From: Escherichia phage IrisVonRoten
DNA: 64,000 bases
Sequence record: MZ501075
Strand: one strand, 5' to 3'
How positions within the stretch are numbered: position 1 is the first letter of the stretch; every line of letters starts with the position of its first letter. Made by a program: the position numbers and the translations under genes. A model generated the notes under the pieces. It saw only the letters and a list, made by a program, of their open reading frames with translations. It had not been told where the DNA came from and did not search any database. Shown in pieces: positions 27,610-36,060 of this stretch.

Positions 27610-28071
27610 AGGGTACTTCAAGCCCTGGATCTTCCAAGGCACTTTACTATTACTGACTCCTTAATACGTAGGTATATGGAGAAGTATAACGAAATATCTG
27701 GTAAAGAAGGTAAACTAAAGTCCTCGGAGTTTAAGTTCTGTTATAGAATGGCAGCGTTAAACCTGCTGAAGTATAAAAGGGAGCATAAAATCCCTATAAC
27801 AGAAGGGTTTGTATATGTAATAGGTAATCCAGCATGGCCTGGACTCTATAAGATAGGTATGACAGTAGACGTAAATGAAAGACTGTCTAGTTATCAAACA
27901 TATTCTCCCTATCGTGATTACAAGTTATACCATTTTAGATTCTCCTCGGACAAGAGAAGAACTGAAAAAGCATTACATAGTCTTCTGAAAGACTACAAAG
28001 TATCAGGAGAATGGTTTGAAGTACCTCTGTTAGACGCTTTCAAACTATTAGTAGAGAATTTGGATTGCTAG
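27598..28071 (+). CDS. T5orf172 (MUG113-like) domain protein
   Basis: GFVYVIGNPAWPGLYKIGMT...SGEWFEV pattern. Confidence 0.55.
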   Translation: MLINRVLQALDLPRHFTITDSLIRRYMEKYNEISGKEGKLKSSEFKFCYRMAALNLLKYKREHKIPITEGFVYVIGNPAWPGLYKIGMTVDVNERLSSYQTYSPYRDYKLYHFRFSSDKRRTEKALHSLLKDYKVSGEWFEVPLLDAFKLLVENLDC

Positions 28072-28146
28072 CTCAACTGGATAAGAGTAGCGGACCTTTA
28101 ATCCGTCAGTTCTGGGTTCGAATCCCAGGCAATCCACCAAATTTTT
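28072..28146 (+). tRNA. tRNA-Lys (anticodon TTT)
   Basis: Acceptor ggattgc/gcaatcc, anticodon loop cctttaa, T-arm ctggg-ttcgaat-cccag. Confidence 0.65.
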
Positions 28147-28156
28147 GCTCGGTTAG

Positions 28157-28227
28157 TTTAATGGGAGAACCCCGTCTTTACACGGCGGTTGCGATAGTTC
28201 GATTCTATCACCGAGTACCAAGTACAA
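28157..28227 (+). tRNA. tRNA-Val (anticodon TAC)
   Basis: Acceptor gctcggt/accgagt, anticodon stem ccgtc/ggcgg, loop tttacac. Confidence 0.6.
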
Positions 28228-28245
28228 GAAATTTCAAAAACTCAT

Positions 28246-28274
28246 TTGCTTAATGCTTAATTTCTTGTTATAAT
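28246..28274 (+). promoter_or_regulatory. T5-type promoter driving structured RNA and tRNAs
   Basis: ttgcttaatgcttaatttcttgttataat. Confidence 0.55.
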
Positions 28275-28289
28275 ATTTATATAAATTGA

Positions 28290-28510
28290 TGAGGAGAAAT
28301 CCTCATCATAGTTCACTAAGGTATTAGCTCGACCTAGGACTGGCTGCCAAAAAGCACGATCCCTACGATTTGGGAGAAGTTCTAGATTAGTCCACTAGAT
28401 TCAGCGGCAACTGAATAGTGTATCGGGTTTGCGAGATGACGTAGTTCCTTCCGCTCGAAGCGAAGGTGCTGTAGTTACGCCGAGCTAATAGCCTTAGTAA
28501 ACTAAAGAAT
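28290..28510 (+). ncRNA. ORF-free structured transcript (leader or small RNA)
   Basis: Hairpin gatgaggagaaatcctcatc; long-range pairing attagctcg (28323) with cgagctaat (28480). Confidence 0.3.
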
Positions 28511-28512
28511 TT

Positions 28513-28588
28513 GGGGAATGGGTCTGCATGGAGTGGACACCTCGCTTGCACCGAGGACATCAGAACGGTTCGATTCCGTTATTCTCCA
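28513..28588 (+). tRNA. tRNA-Ala (anticodon TGC)
   Basis: Acceptor ggggaat/attctcc, anticodon arm cctcg-cttgcac-cgagg, T-arm aacgg-ttcgatt-ccgtt. Confidence 0.6.
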
Positions 28589-28596
28589 CCAAATAC

Positions 28597-28670
28597 GCGT
28601 GATTGATGGAATGGGCATACATACCGTCCTTAGAAGTCGGGTTTTGAGGGTTCGAATCCCTTGTCACGCA
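28597..28670 (+). tRNA. tRNA, anticodon tentatively TAG (Leu) but class-I length
   Basis: Acceptor gcgtgat/gtcacgc, T-arm gaggg-ttcgaat-ccctt, anticodon loop cttagaa. Confidence 0.5.
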
Positions 28671-28785
28671 CCAAATTTGATGGTCAGAGTAAATTAAACC
28701 TACTATCTCGGTTGAGCTGTTTTAATGGGTTCGAATCCCAGCGAGGCGTAACTGCCTGGTGTGATAGAGGCATCATCTTATTATT

Positions 28786-28873
28786 GGAAGAGCAAATCGA
28801 ATTGGCGACGAAAACCGCTTGGAAAGCGGCTGACTGGTAAAACGGCTTGAGAGTTCAAATCTCTCCTCTTCCG
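28786..28873 (+). tRNA. tRNA-Ser (anticodon GGA), long variable arm
   Basis: Acceptor ggaagag/ctcttcc, anticodon loop ttggaaa, T-arm gagag-ttcaaat-ctctc. Confidence 0.6.
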
Positions 28874-28895
28874 CCAAACAATTGAGGTAATAATA

Positions 28896-29243
28896 ATGCT
28901 AGCAAAAGATAAAGCTCTAGAGTTTTTAGCATCTTTAGATGAAGATAAGATTATAGATGCAGCTGAAAAAGCTGGAATGCCTGATTTAACATATCTGGAA
29001 CGTGCTATTATTGCTCGTGATAAACTACAGAAAGAATTTGCTATTGCTCAGGAGGAGTTTTATACTCGCTATAACGCTCTTACTAAGCAAATTGAAAATG
29101 AGTGTTCTCATACTTGGGGAGTAACAGAAAACCTAGGTAATGATCACGATGGCTGGTCTAAAGTAAAAATTACCTATTATCATCGTAGGACTTGTAAAAT
29201 CTGTGGAAAAGTAGAAAACTTCACTAGTACGAGTGACTATTAG
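28896..29243 (+). CDS. hypothetical protein with C-terminal CxxC pairs
   Basis: ORF track. Confidence 0.4.
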   Translation: MLAKDKALEFLASLDEDKIIDAAEKAGMPDLTYLERAIIARDKLQKEFAIAQEEFYTRYNALTKQIENECSHTWGVTENLGNDHDGWSKVKITYYHRRTCKICGKVENFTSTSDY

Positions 29244-29256
29244 TATAATAAATACT

Positions 29257-29343
29257 AGAAGATAGGACGTAGTGGTACGTAACTGGTCTTGAAAACCAGC
29301 CCGCTGTAGTGATACGGTGATGGTTCGACTCCATTATCTTCTG
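29257..29343 (+). tRNA. tRNA-Ser (anticodon TGA), long variable arm
   Basis: Acceptor agaagat/atcttct, anticodon arm ctggt-cttgaaa-accag, T-arm gatgg-ttcgact-ccatt. Confidence 0.65.
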
Positions 29344-29362
29344 CCAACTTATAGGGTAATAT

Positions 29363-29545
29363 ATGTCTTTAACGAAAACTGTGAAGGTTACACTAACTGA
29401 TGGCACAGAGTTTAGTGCACAAATAACCTTACTAGAAGACGGTTATTGGGAAGTATATCTTCCACACGTTAATTCTACTGGTAGAGGATGGACTCAACAA
29501 CAGGCTATTGTTGATGCTTTAAATGAGGCTTCCGCTGGTTTATAA
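29363..29545 (+). CDS. hypothetical protein (60 aa)
   Basis: ORF track. Confidence 0.35.
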   Translation: MSLTKTVKVTLTDGTEFSAQITLLEDGYWEVYLPHVNSTGRGWTQQQAIVDALNEASAGL

Positions 29546-29552
29546 AAATTCT

Positions 29553-29683
29553 TGGAATATGCCGGAATTGGTAGACGGGACTGCCCAATAGGTTTACTAG
29601 GAACATCCACTCCTAGAAATATACCTTAAAAGCGGTTGAGTTAAATGGTCTAACTCATGAAGGTTCAAGTCCTTCTATTCCTT
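29553..29683 (+). ncRNA. approx. 130-nt tRNA-like element with Leu-like D-arm and internal insertions
   Basis: D-arm ccggaattggtagacgg; T-arm gaagg-ttcaagt-ccttc; hairpin ctaggaacatccactcctag. Confidence 0.3.
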
Positions 29684-29922
29684 GATACATCAATGGCTCA
29701 AAGTGTAACGGTGCTATTTGATGCGCTTGGAAAGACTTTCCCGACATGCGTTCGGGGGTAAGCTTCTGAGGCTAGAATAGAAGAGTTTCTGAGAGCCGCC
29801 ACAATTGAAAATTCGTACTCGTCTTGAGCTGCGTGCAATAGGAGATAACTTGATTAGTATTCTAGAACATGCTAATTGAGGATGGTTTCGCTAACCCTGC
29901 GAGTTTTCAATTGTGGCTATAT

Positions 29923-29996
29923 CATAATTGGTTAATGATCCTGATTGTGAATCAGGCCTATGTGGATTCGAATTCCACTAGCCACCCCAAATTAAC
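29923..29996 (+). tRNA. tRNA-His (anticodon GTG)
   Basis: Acceptor gtggcta/tagccac, anticodon arm cctga-ttgtgaa-tcagg, T-arm gtgga-ttcgaat-tccac. Confidence 0.65.
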
Positions 29997-30014
29997 TTAA
30001 ATAGGAAATAAAAT

Positions 30015-30215
30015 ATGGCTGATTTCTGCAAACAATGCTCCATTGATATGTGGGGCAGAGATACTGGTGACTTAGCTGGTCTGATTACAGAAGCCGAAGT
30101 CAAAGAAGGTTATGGTGCAGTTGTGGTTTGCGAAGGATGCGGAGTCATTCGAGTAGACCATGAAGGTAAGCGCCTTGAAGAACCTGAGCCAATCGCAACG
30201 GTTCCTGTAGAGTGA
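30015..30215 (+). CDS. hypothetical protein with CxxC pairs (66 aa)
   Basis: ORF track. Confidence 0.35.
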   Translation: MADFCKQCSIDMWGRDTGDLAGLITEAEVKEGYGAVVVCEGCGVIRVDHEGKRLEEPEPIATVPVE

Positions 30216-30216
30216 A

Positions 30217-30798
30217 ATGAAATTAGAGAATTTTAAAGTAATCCCAGAATATCCAGAATACTTAATCTCTCCATACGGAGAGGTTTACTCTACCAAGAGT
30301 AATAAATTACTTACACATCATTTAGGCAGTGCAGGATACCCGTTTGTAACGTTCTATGAACAGGGTAAAAATGTTTCTGTTGTACTGCATAGATTATTGG
30401 CTAGAGTATTTAAAGATTTACCTTCGCTAGAATCTGAACTAGAGGTGGATCACAAAGATAGGAATAAATTGAACTTTGCCCTGGATAATCTAGTTGTCAT
30501 GACCAAGGAAGATCACAGAGTAAAAACTACACTTGAAAGAGGACATATAATAGGTGGTAACAAGTGCCCTTATTGTAGTAAACAAATAAATTCTTCAGCT
30601 AAAACTTGTTTTAATTGTAAACCTAAGAGTAACCCTGCTATTACAGCAGAGCAAATAGAATATTGGGTAATAAATTATTCGTGGGTTAAAGCATCAAAAG
30701 AGCTGGGACTATCTGATAATGGTCTACGTAAACGTTATAAATCCTTAACAGGTAAAGATCCAAAAAGTATTAAGAAGAAGGTTAGCCAAGTCGGTTAA
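30217..30798 (+). CDS. HNH homing-endonuclease-like protein
   Basis: EVDHKDRNKLNFALDNLVVMTKEDH (HNH core) plus zinc-finger CPYC..CFNC. Confidence 0.55.
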   Translation: MKLENFKVIPEYPEYLISPYGEVYSTKSNKLLTHHLGSAGYPFVTFYEQGKNVSVVLHRLLARVFKDLPSLESELEVDHKDRNKLNFALDNLVVMTKEDHRVKTTLERGHIIGGNKCPYCSKQINSSAKTCFNCKPKSNPAITAEQIEYWVINYSWVKASKELGLSDNGLRKRYKSLTGKDPKSIKKKVSQVG

Positions 30799-30848
30799 GG
30801 CTGGGGTCTCTGAAATCCTGATCAGTGGTTCAAATCCACTACCTTCTG
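30776..30848 (+). tRNA. tRNA-Gln (anticodon CTG), overlapping 3' end of HNH gene
   Basis: Acceptor agaaggt/accttct, anticodon loop ctctgaa, T-arm agtgg-ttcaaat-ccact. Confidence 0.55.
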
Positions 30849-30857
30849 CCAAACAAT

Positions 30858-30932
30858 TGGGGATTAGCTTAGCTTGGCCTAAAGCTTCGGCCTTTGAAGT
30901 CGAGATCATTGGTTCAAATCCAATATCCCCTG
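30858..30932 (+). tRNA. tRNA (anticodon unresolved, possibly CCT)
   Basis: Acceptor ggggat/atcccc, T-arm attgg-ttcaaat-ccaat; anticodon loop non-canonical. Confidence 0.45.
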
Positions 30933-30946
30933 CCAGCCAAATTAAT

Positions 30947-31018
30947 GCGTGATTAGTTCAGTGGCTAGAATAACTGGCTTCCAACCAGTAGACACGAGTT
31001 CGACTCTCGTATCCCGCA
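30947..31018 (+). tRNA. tRNA-Gly (anticodon TCC)
   Basis: Anticodon arm actgg-cttccaa-ccagt, T-arm acgag-ttcgact-ctcgt, one acceptor mismatch. Confidence 0.6.
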
Positions 31019-31035
31019 CCAAATAAGGAATCTCT

Positions 31036-31287
31036 ATGCACGTTTTTGAGTTTCGTAATAAAAGTACCGATAAACGAGTTATCATTATTGGGGAAACATA
31101 CCGAGCTTATGAACAAACTGACGGCTCTGTTATCTTGAATGATGAAAAAGGAGGTTTTAGCTTTTATCCAGAAGAACCTTACGAAGAGTTTCGAAAACAA
31201 TTTAACCTAGACTGGAGAAAGCATTTAAACACTGTTGCTTCATCTGTAGTATTGCCAACTACCAGTACTGTACTCTCTAATGGCTGA
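31036..31287 (+). CDS. hypothetical protein (83 aa)
   Basis: ORF track. Confidence 0.35.
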   Translation: MHVFEFRNKSTDKRVIIIGETYRAYEQTDGSVILNDEKGGFSFYPEEPYEEFRKQFNLDWRKHLNTVASSVVLPTTSTVLSNG

Positions 31288-31454
31288 CAACCTAAAAGTA
31301 AAGATTGATAAACAAAAGAAACGTGTAGAAGTAGAGATTGGTGAAGAACGTGTTGCCTTTACTTTTGAATTTCTACAGCAAATGGCAATGACAGTTATGA
31401 CTGATAAGTCCCCTGTTATTGAAAAAGAAATCCCGTTGAAATAACGGGATTATC

Positions 31455-31526
31455 GCTCCTAAAGCATTGCTGGCGATGCAGTTGCCTTGTAAGCATCTGA
31501 ACCGGGTTCGATTCCTGGTGGGAGCA
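31455..31526 (+). tRNA. tRNA-Thr (anticodon TGT)
   Basis: Acceptor gctccta/tgggagc, D-stem gcat/atgc, anticodon loop cttgtaa, T-arm ccggg-ttcgatt-cctgg. Confidence 0.6.
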
Positions 31527-31544
31527 CCAAATTTAAAAATTCAT

Positions 31545-31573
31545 TTGCTTTCTCTCTTATTTATCGCTATAAT
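31545..31573 (+). promoter_or_regulatory. T5-type early promoter
   Basis: ttgctttctctcttatttatcgctataat. Confidence 0.55.
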
Positions 31574-31603
31574 ATTTATATAAATTAATGAGAGGGAAAC
31601 CAA

Positions 31604-31897
31604 ATGAAACGTTATCTTTCTGTAGTATTCCAAACTGGTGGCCAAAGATACACCTATGAATTTCCATCTTCTTGGAAAATCAAAGAGGGTGATCAAGTAG
31701 TAGTGCTAACACCGCGTGAAGAGTATAAAGTAGTAACGGTTAAACAAGTATTTCCAAAAGATCATGAACCAGCTAAAGGCATCCGCTATAAGATGATTCA
31801 TGGTGTGGTTCGTCAAGTACCACGAACTGAGGTAGAAGTAGATAAGACTGGAGAAGCTAAATTTCATTATACTTCTTACCTAAACGAGAGGCGATAA
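31604..31897 (+). CDS. hypothetical protein (97 aa)
   Basis: ORF after RBS gagagggaaacc. Confidence 0.45.
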   Translation: MKRYLSVVFQTGGQRYTYEFPSSWKIKEGDQVVVLTPREEYKVVTVKQVFPKDHEPAKGIRYKMIHGVVRQVPRTEVEVDKTGEAKFHYTSYLNERR

Positions 31898-32103
31898 TGA
31901 GAATTTCTTTTACAGAAAAGATCATGAGTAATGGTGTTATGATCATTACCGCGTGGGATGGTAATCAGTGGTGCAGTATTTCAGGTATTAAGCCTGCAGA
32001 TCAAACACCTGAAAACATCCGTAAAGTAAAACGAAAGATGGCGGAATGTGCCCGACTTCCCGGTGCGCCTAGAAATGGTAAACGTTCTACAATTAAATGT
32101 TAA
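31897..32103 (+). CDS. hypothetical protein (68 aa)
   Basis: ORF track; ATGA overlap. Confidence 0.35.
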   Translation: MRISFTEKIMSNGVMIITAWDGNQWCSISGIKPADQTPENIRKVKRKMAECARLPGAPRNGKRSTIKC

Positions 32104-32104
32104 T

Positions 32105-32178
32105 GCTTCGGTAGCTTAGCGATCTAAAGCACTCGGCCGATAACCGAGAGATCGGGGGTTTAAATCCCTCCCGGAGTA
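32105..32178 (+). tRNA. tRNA-Ile (anticodon GAT)
   Basis: Acceptor gcttcgg/ccggagt, anticodon arm ctcgg-ccgataa-ccgag; T-loop tttaaat atypical. Confidence 0.55.
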
Positions 32179-32277
32179 CCAAATTTAGGAATTAAGACTA
32201 TGCGTCCAGGAAAGTTTAAAAAAGCTAATTGGTCTATAGAGTATAAAGAATACTTACTTAGTCTAATAAAACATAAT

Positions 32278-32350
32278 AGTTAGTTGGCAGAGTGGTTATG
32301 CACCTCCTTCATACGGAGCGACTACAGTGGTTCAAATCCACTACTAACTA
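32278..32350 (+). tRNA. tRNA (anticodon CAT; Met or Ile2)
   Basis: Acceptor agttagt/actaact, anticodon loop ttcatac, T-arm agtgg-ttcaaat-ccact. Confidence 0.55.
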
Positions 32351-32390
32351 CCATTAACAGAGCTAGAGATAGCTAAATATAGGAGCAATT

Positions 32391-32585
32391 ATGTTAACAG
32401 TTAAAATAATGTCCACTGATGGTGGTGAGCAGATTCATGTTGGTAAAAGCGTAGGGTTTAATCCCAGAAATAAAAGCATAGCTATTTCTGGAATAGATCA
32501 AGCAATCTTCTTAAAAGAAGATGAAGTAGCATACGTTATGAACCAAACTGGTAAGACAGTTTCTGTATATCGTGGTAAACTATAA
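32391..32585 (+). CDS. hypothetical protein (64 aa)
   Basis: ORF after RBS taggag. Confidence 0.4.
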   Translation: MLTVKIMSTDGGEQIHVGKSVGFNPRNKSIAISGIDQAIFLKEDEVAYVMNQTGKTVSVYRGKL

Positions 32586-32627
32586 AGAATAAAGAGCTGA
32601 GCCAATTTCTAACATCGGGGAGAGCTA

Positions 32628-32996
32628 ATGAAAGCATATCAAAATCTTAAGTCTGGCGTAATTAATCTTGTTCATGATAATCAGATTATTCAACTATACT
32701 CTAAAGATGGTGAACTTAAACAAAAAGTTCTGGTTGAGGATCTAGAAGGTATCACACCACATTTTGACCCCGAATCCTTCCGTGAAGTCAAGGTGGAAGT
32801 AGTTCCTCAAATCGAGGGAGGTCAGCACCTAAATGTCAATGTGTTAAGTCGTGATCAGCTTTTGGATGCACAGAAACATCCTGAAAAATACCCTCAATTA
32901 ACTATCCGTGTTTCAGGGTATGCTGTACGTTTTAACTCACTGACGCGTGAACAGCAGAACGACGTTATTAGTCGTACATTTACTCAGGCGATGTAA
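32628..32996 (+). CDS. grcA: autonomous glycyl-radical cofactor (GrcA/YfiD-like)
   Basis: C-terminal half [38 protein letters not shown] closely matches GrcA/PFL C-terminal glycyl-radical domain. Confidence 0.8.
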   Translation: MKAYQNLKSGVINLVHDNQIIQLYSKDGELKQKVLVEDLEGITPHFDPESFREVKVEVVPQIEGGQHLNVNVLSRDQLLDAQKHPEKYPQLTIRVSGYAVRFNSLTREQQNDVISRTFTQAM

Positions 32997-33077
32997 TGGG
33001 GCTTGGATACGGTTTCTACGAACTACGTAAGGTAGTCGAGCAAACTCCATTTATCTCCCAAGTTTTAGGAGAAATGT

Positions 33078-33392
33078 GTGGATCGAGCATTAAGACGTCA
33101 TCACCGGCAACGTGTAAAGAATAACCGCAAGAAGTATTGGACAGTCTTCCCACATGAAGAAAGCCCTAAACGGTTAGGTATTATCACTACTACTCCTTGT
33201 ATCTGTTCTTGTTGGATGTGCGGGAATCCTCGCAAACACTTTAAGAATAGTAAAGCAGGGATGAAAACCTCGGAGATTAGGAAAATGGAAGCAATGATTA
33301 CGGATATTTCAAATGATGAATTTGATGGCTTCGTAGGATTCGGAGAAGGAATTAGCTCAGGCTGTTTCGAAGATGACCACCCCGATCTGTAA
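33078..33392 (+). CDS. hypothetical Cys-containing protein (104 aa)
   Basis: ORF track; CICSCWMCGNP. Confidence 0.4.
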   Translation: MDRALRRHHRQRVKNNRKKYWTVFPHEESPKRLGIITTTPCICSCWMCGNPRKHFKNSKAGMKTSEIRKMEAMITDISNDEFDGFVGFGEGISSGCFEDDHPDL

Positions 33393-33401
33393 TTAATAAC
33401 A

Positions 33402-33438
33402 AACCCCAGCTATTGAATAAGTAGTCTGGGGTTTTTCT
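33402..33438 (+). terminator. Rho-independent terminator
   Basis: aaccccag..ctggggtt hairpin + TTTTTCT. Confidence 0.6.
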
Positions 33439-33513
33439 ATATACAGGTAAATAATTTATGTATAATAAAATTCATCCACATTAGGTTAATTTAAAAGACT
33501 TAATGGAGGTAAT

Positions 33514-33861
33514 ATGAGCCGTACTTATCGTAAACAATCTGGTGATCAGTGGTGGAAGTCTAAAGAACAATTCTCTCAAGAATATTCTTTCCTCAAAGAA
33601 AATGGCTACTGGATTCGTGTTACTTATGCTAAATCCTGGGACGACATCAAAAAAGAAATGAAGGAAGCAACCATTCGTAATGAGAAAAAGGATGGTTATA
33701 GCTGGAATTCTGTTAGTAAGAATGTTAAGTGGCATTCTAATAAAATGGTTCGTCAAGGAAATCGTCAAGAACTCCACCGCGTGATGAAAGATCCAGAAAA
33801 TTACGACTATAATCGCGATCATGACATGCGTAAGCGTGGATTATGGTGGTGCTATGACTAA
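33514..33861 (+). CDS. hypothetical protein (115 aa)
   Basis: ORF after RBS ggaggtaat. Confidence 0.45.
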   Translation: MSRTYRKQSGDQWWKSKEQFSQEYSFLKENGYWIRVTYAKSWDDIKKEMKEATIRNEKKDGYSWNSVSKNVKWHSNKMVRQGNRQELHRVMKDPENYDYNRDHDMRKRGLWWCYD

Positions 33862-33878
33862 ATTCTGAAATAATTCAT

Positions 33879-33907
33879 TTGCTAAACCTCTCTTTTCTTG
33901 CTATAAT
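33879..33907 (+). promoter_or_regulatory. T5-type early promoter
   Basis: ttgctaaacctctcttttcttgctataat. Confidence 0.55.
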
Positions 33908-33937
33908 ATATTTATAAATTGATGAGAGAGGTTTGAA

Positions 33938-34219
33938 ATGAAAACTCGTCTAGACTGTGCCATTCATGTTCTTGAACATGATGTTGCGGGAACCTGTATG
34001 TCTTACCACGAAGCAGGTCGTTTAATTAAAGAACGTGTGGCAGATGTGTGCGGATTGAAGATTACTGCTGAGGAAGCTGATGATCTTTTAGGTCAAGCAC
34101 TGGAGAAAACCGAAATGTTTCTCTGCGATTCTTGTTCTTGGTGGTGTGAAGCTCACGAACATTCTTTCAACGATTATGATGTATGTCGTGATTGTAGTGG
34201 GGAGGATGAAGATGAATAA
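33938..34219 (+). CDS. Cys-rich small protein (93 aa)
   Basis: ORF after RBS gagagagg; CDSCSWWC..CRDCSG. Confidence 0.45.
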   Translation: MKTRLDCAIHVLEHDVAGTCMSYHEAGRLIKERVADVCGLKITAEEADDLLGQALEKTEMFLCDSCSWWCEAHEHSFNDYDVCRDCSGEDEDE

Positions 34220-34508
34220 GTTTATTATTGCACTGATGATCTCCGCAGTTAGTTTCGGTTCTCTGGCATCTACCAAAGTTTCTATGAAAAATGGTAATGT
34301 TAAAGTCCAACAGAACGGCATTATTACCGAGTATGGTAAAGTTCGTGATGTTAAAGAACGTAATGGTAAAGTAGAGGTATACACTAACAAAAATTTCTCT
34401 ACACCAGCAGTAACTATTCACCGTAATGGTAATATTACTACCCAGCGTTCGAACAATTCAGACTCCTTCACTTGCCGTTACGACTGTGATATTGAGATGG
34501 AAGAATGA
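34212..34508 (+). CDS. secreted small protein (signal peptide)
   Basis: MNKFIIALMISAVSFGSLAS signal-like N-terminus; start after RBS ggagg. Confidence 0.45.
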   Translation: MNKFIIALMISAVSFGSLASTKVSMKNGNVKVQQNGIITEYGKVRDVKERNGKVEVYTNKNFSTPAVTIHRNGNITTQRSNNSDSFTCRYDCDIEMEE

Positions 34509-35014
34509 TTACACAAGAAAGGTTAAAAGAACTGCTGATATATGATCCAGAAACAGGATTATTTTCTAGACGTCTAAAAAGTGGTAGAATAAAACCTATA
34601 AATAATAAGCCTAATAACTATGGGTATATTCAGATTAGAGTTGGAGATGGACACAGGGAACTAGCGCATAGATTAGCCTTCTTGTTTATGGAAGGGTATA
34701 TTCCTGAATTTGTTGATCATATCAATAGAATTAGGGATGATAATAGGTGGAGTAATCTCAGAGATAGTTCTAGGCAGGAAAATAATAGAAATAGGACTGC
34801 TACTAGCAATTCGGGATACTTAGGAGTATCTTGGGATACTCATCTCCAGAAAGGGAGAGTTTATACTAATAATAACGAAGGTATTAGAGTTTACGGTGGT
34901 CTATTCGATTATGAAGACTTAGAATCTGCAGTATACAAAGCTAATGGATTACGATTAGAATTGCACGGAACTCTAGCAGTCATCGAAGAGTTTAATGGGT
35001 TTCCTAAAGAATAA
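34505..35014 (+). CDS. HNH homing-endonuclease-like protein (paralog family, copy 1)
   Basis: MITQERLKELL..HRLAFLFMEGYIPEFVDHINRIRDDNRWSNLR; paralogous to 41913 and 45863 ORFs. Confidence 0.6.
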   Translation: MITQERLKELLIYDPETGLFSRRLKSGRIKPINNKPNNYGYIQIRVGDGHRELAHRLAFLFMEGYIPEFVDHINRIRDDNRWSNLRDSSRQENNRNRTATSNSGYLGVSWDTHLQKGRVYTNNNEGIRVYGGLFDYEDLESAVYKANGLRLELHGTLAVIEEFNGFPKE

Positions 35015-35324
35015 CAGAGAGAAGAACGTGAAAAGACTAAACATCAATAGCACAGTGCAGATTCCAGCAACTAAGGATGTTTTAACATTCCTACGTAGTG
35101 AAAACGCTCAGTTTTGGCATGACTATATTCAGGAAAATAAAAATAATCCAGGTGTAGTTGCCTTTGCCAAAAAACGTATCGAAGAATATAAAGATCCAGA
35201 GATTAAAGATGGGATGATTACTATGCAATTGTGGGTAGCCATGAATACGTTTGGACCCACTATGAGTCTAGGAGTTACTCCACTGTTTACTAATATTCTA
35301 ATTAATGAAAAGGATCTGAAATGA
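34995..35324 (+). CDS. hypothetical protein (109 aa)
   Basis: ORF track. Confidence 0.35.
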   Translation: MGFLKNNREKNVKRLNINSTVQIPATKDVLTFLRSENAQFWHDYIQENKNNPGVVAFAKKRIEEYKDPEIKDGMITMQLWVAMNTFGPTMSLGVTPLFTNILINEKDLK

Positions 35325-35605
35325 TTATTTCTCCGTTTGCTCTTTGGTTCGTCATTGGCTCTGTGGTTGCTATTTACAGCTGTGTTGACGATGTGTTCTT
35401 CTCGAAAAACAAGGCTGTATTATTAGAGCATCTGTGGCGAACTTCCCCAGATACTTTAATCTTCTTTGGTGCGGAAAAGGGATACAAGATCGCCCTAGTG
35501 ATGTTTATTATAATTGACACATTATTAGGGCCAGTAGCTCTCTACGGATTCTATCGTAAAACCCGCAAGATGAAACAACTCGAAGCTAAATACTTTGGGA
35601 AGTAA
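35321..35605 (+). CDS. small membrane protein (94 aa)
   Basis: Hydrophobic segments; ATGA overlap. Confidence 0.4.
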   Translation: MIISPFALWFVIGSVVAIYSCVDDVFFSKNKAVLLEHLWRTSPDTLIFFGAEKGYKIALVMFIIIDTLLGPVALYGFYRKTRKMKQLEAKYFGK

Positions 35606-35715
35606 AGAACTCGCGTAGGACCGAGTTGCGTCACCTGCAACTGTTACGGATAAGGGAGTCGTGCCCCTTAGTGCGGTAAGTGGTGAGGTTGCTGCTAGCA
35701 CTAACTGGAGATAAT

Positions 35716-36060
35716 ATGAGCTTTATTTTATTCATTGTAGCAGCATGGTTTATTATTGGTTTAGGCTATGCTATTGCAGTTATTCGTCATCTGGATGAAT
35801 ATTCTGCTGAATGGTTTATTAAGTACCTACGTTTAGACGATCAAGAATACGAGTTCGACAGTGATGAGGAAAGGCAGGCTGTCCAGTCAATGACTCCCAA
35901 AGAATGCTTGCTCTACATGCGTGTAATTGGTTTCTTTGGACTGTTGGTAGCAGGACCGCTAGGTCTTACTATTGCTCCTTACAAAGAAGTTATTGACGAC
36001 ATTAAACTATGGAGAACCGCTGGATCGCTACGCAAAGCTAGAGAAACTAATATTACATAA
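35716..36060 (+). CDS. membrane protein (about 114 aa)
   Basis: Start at ATG after RBS ctggag; two hydrophobic helices. Confidence 0.4.
   Translation: MSFILFIVAAWFIIGLGYAIAVIRHLDEYSAEWFIKYLRLDDQEYEFDSDEERQAVQSMTPKECLLYMRVIGFFGLLVAGPLGLTIAPYKEVIDDIKLWRTAGSLRKARETNIT

Noticed and set aside
28065-28253. ORF overlapping tRNA-Lys and tRNA-Val
   Set aside because: Coincides with two canonical tRNAs; no RBS.
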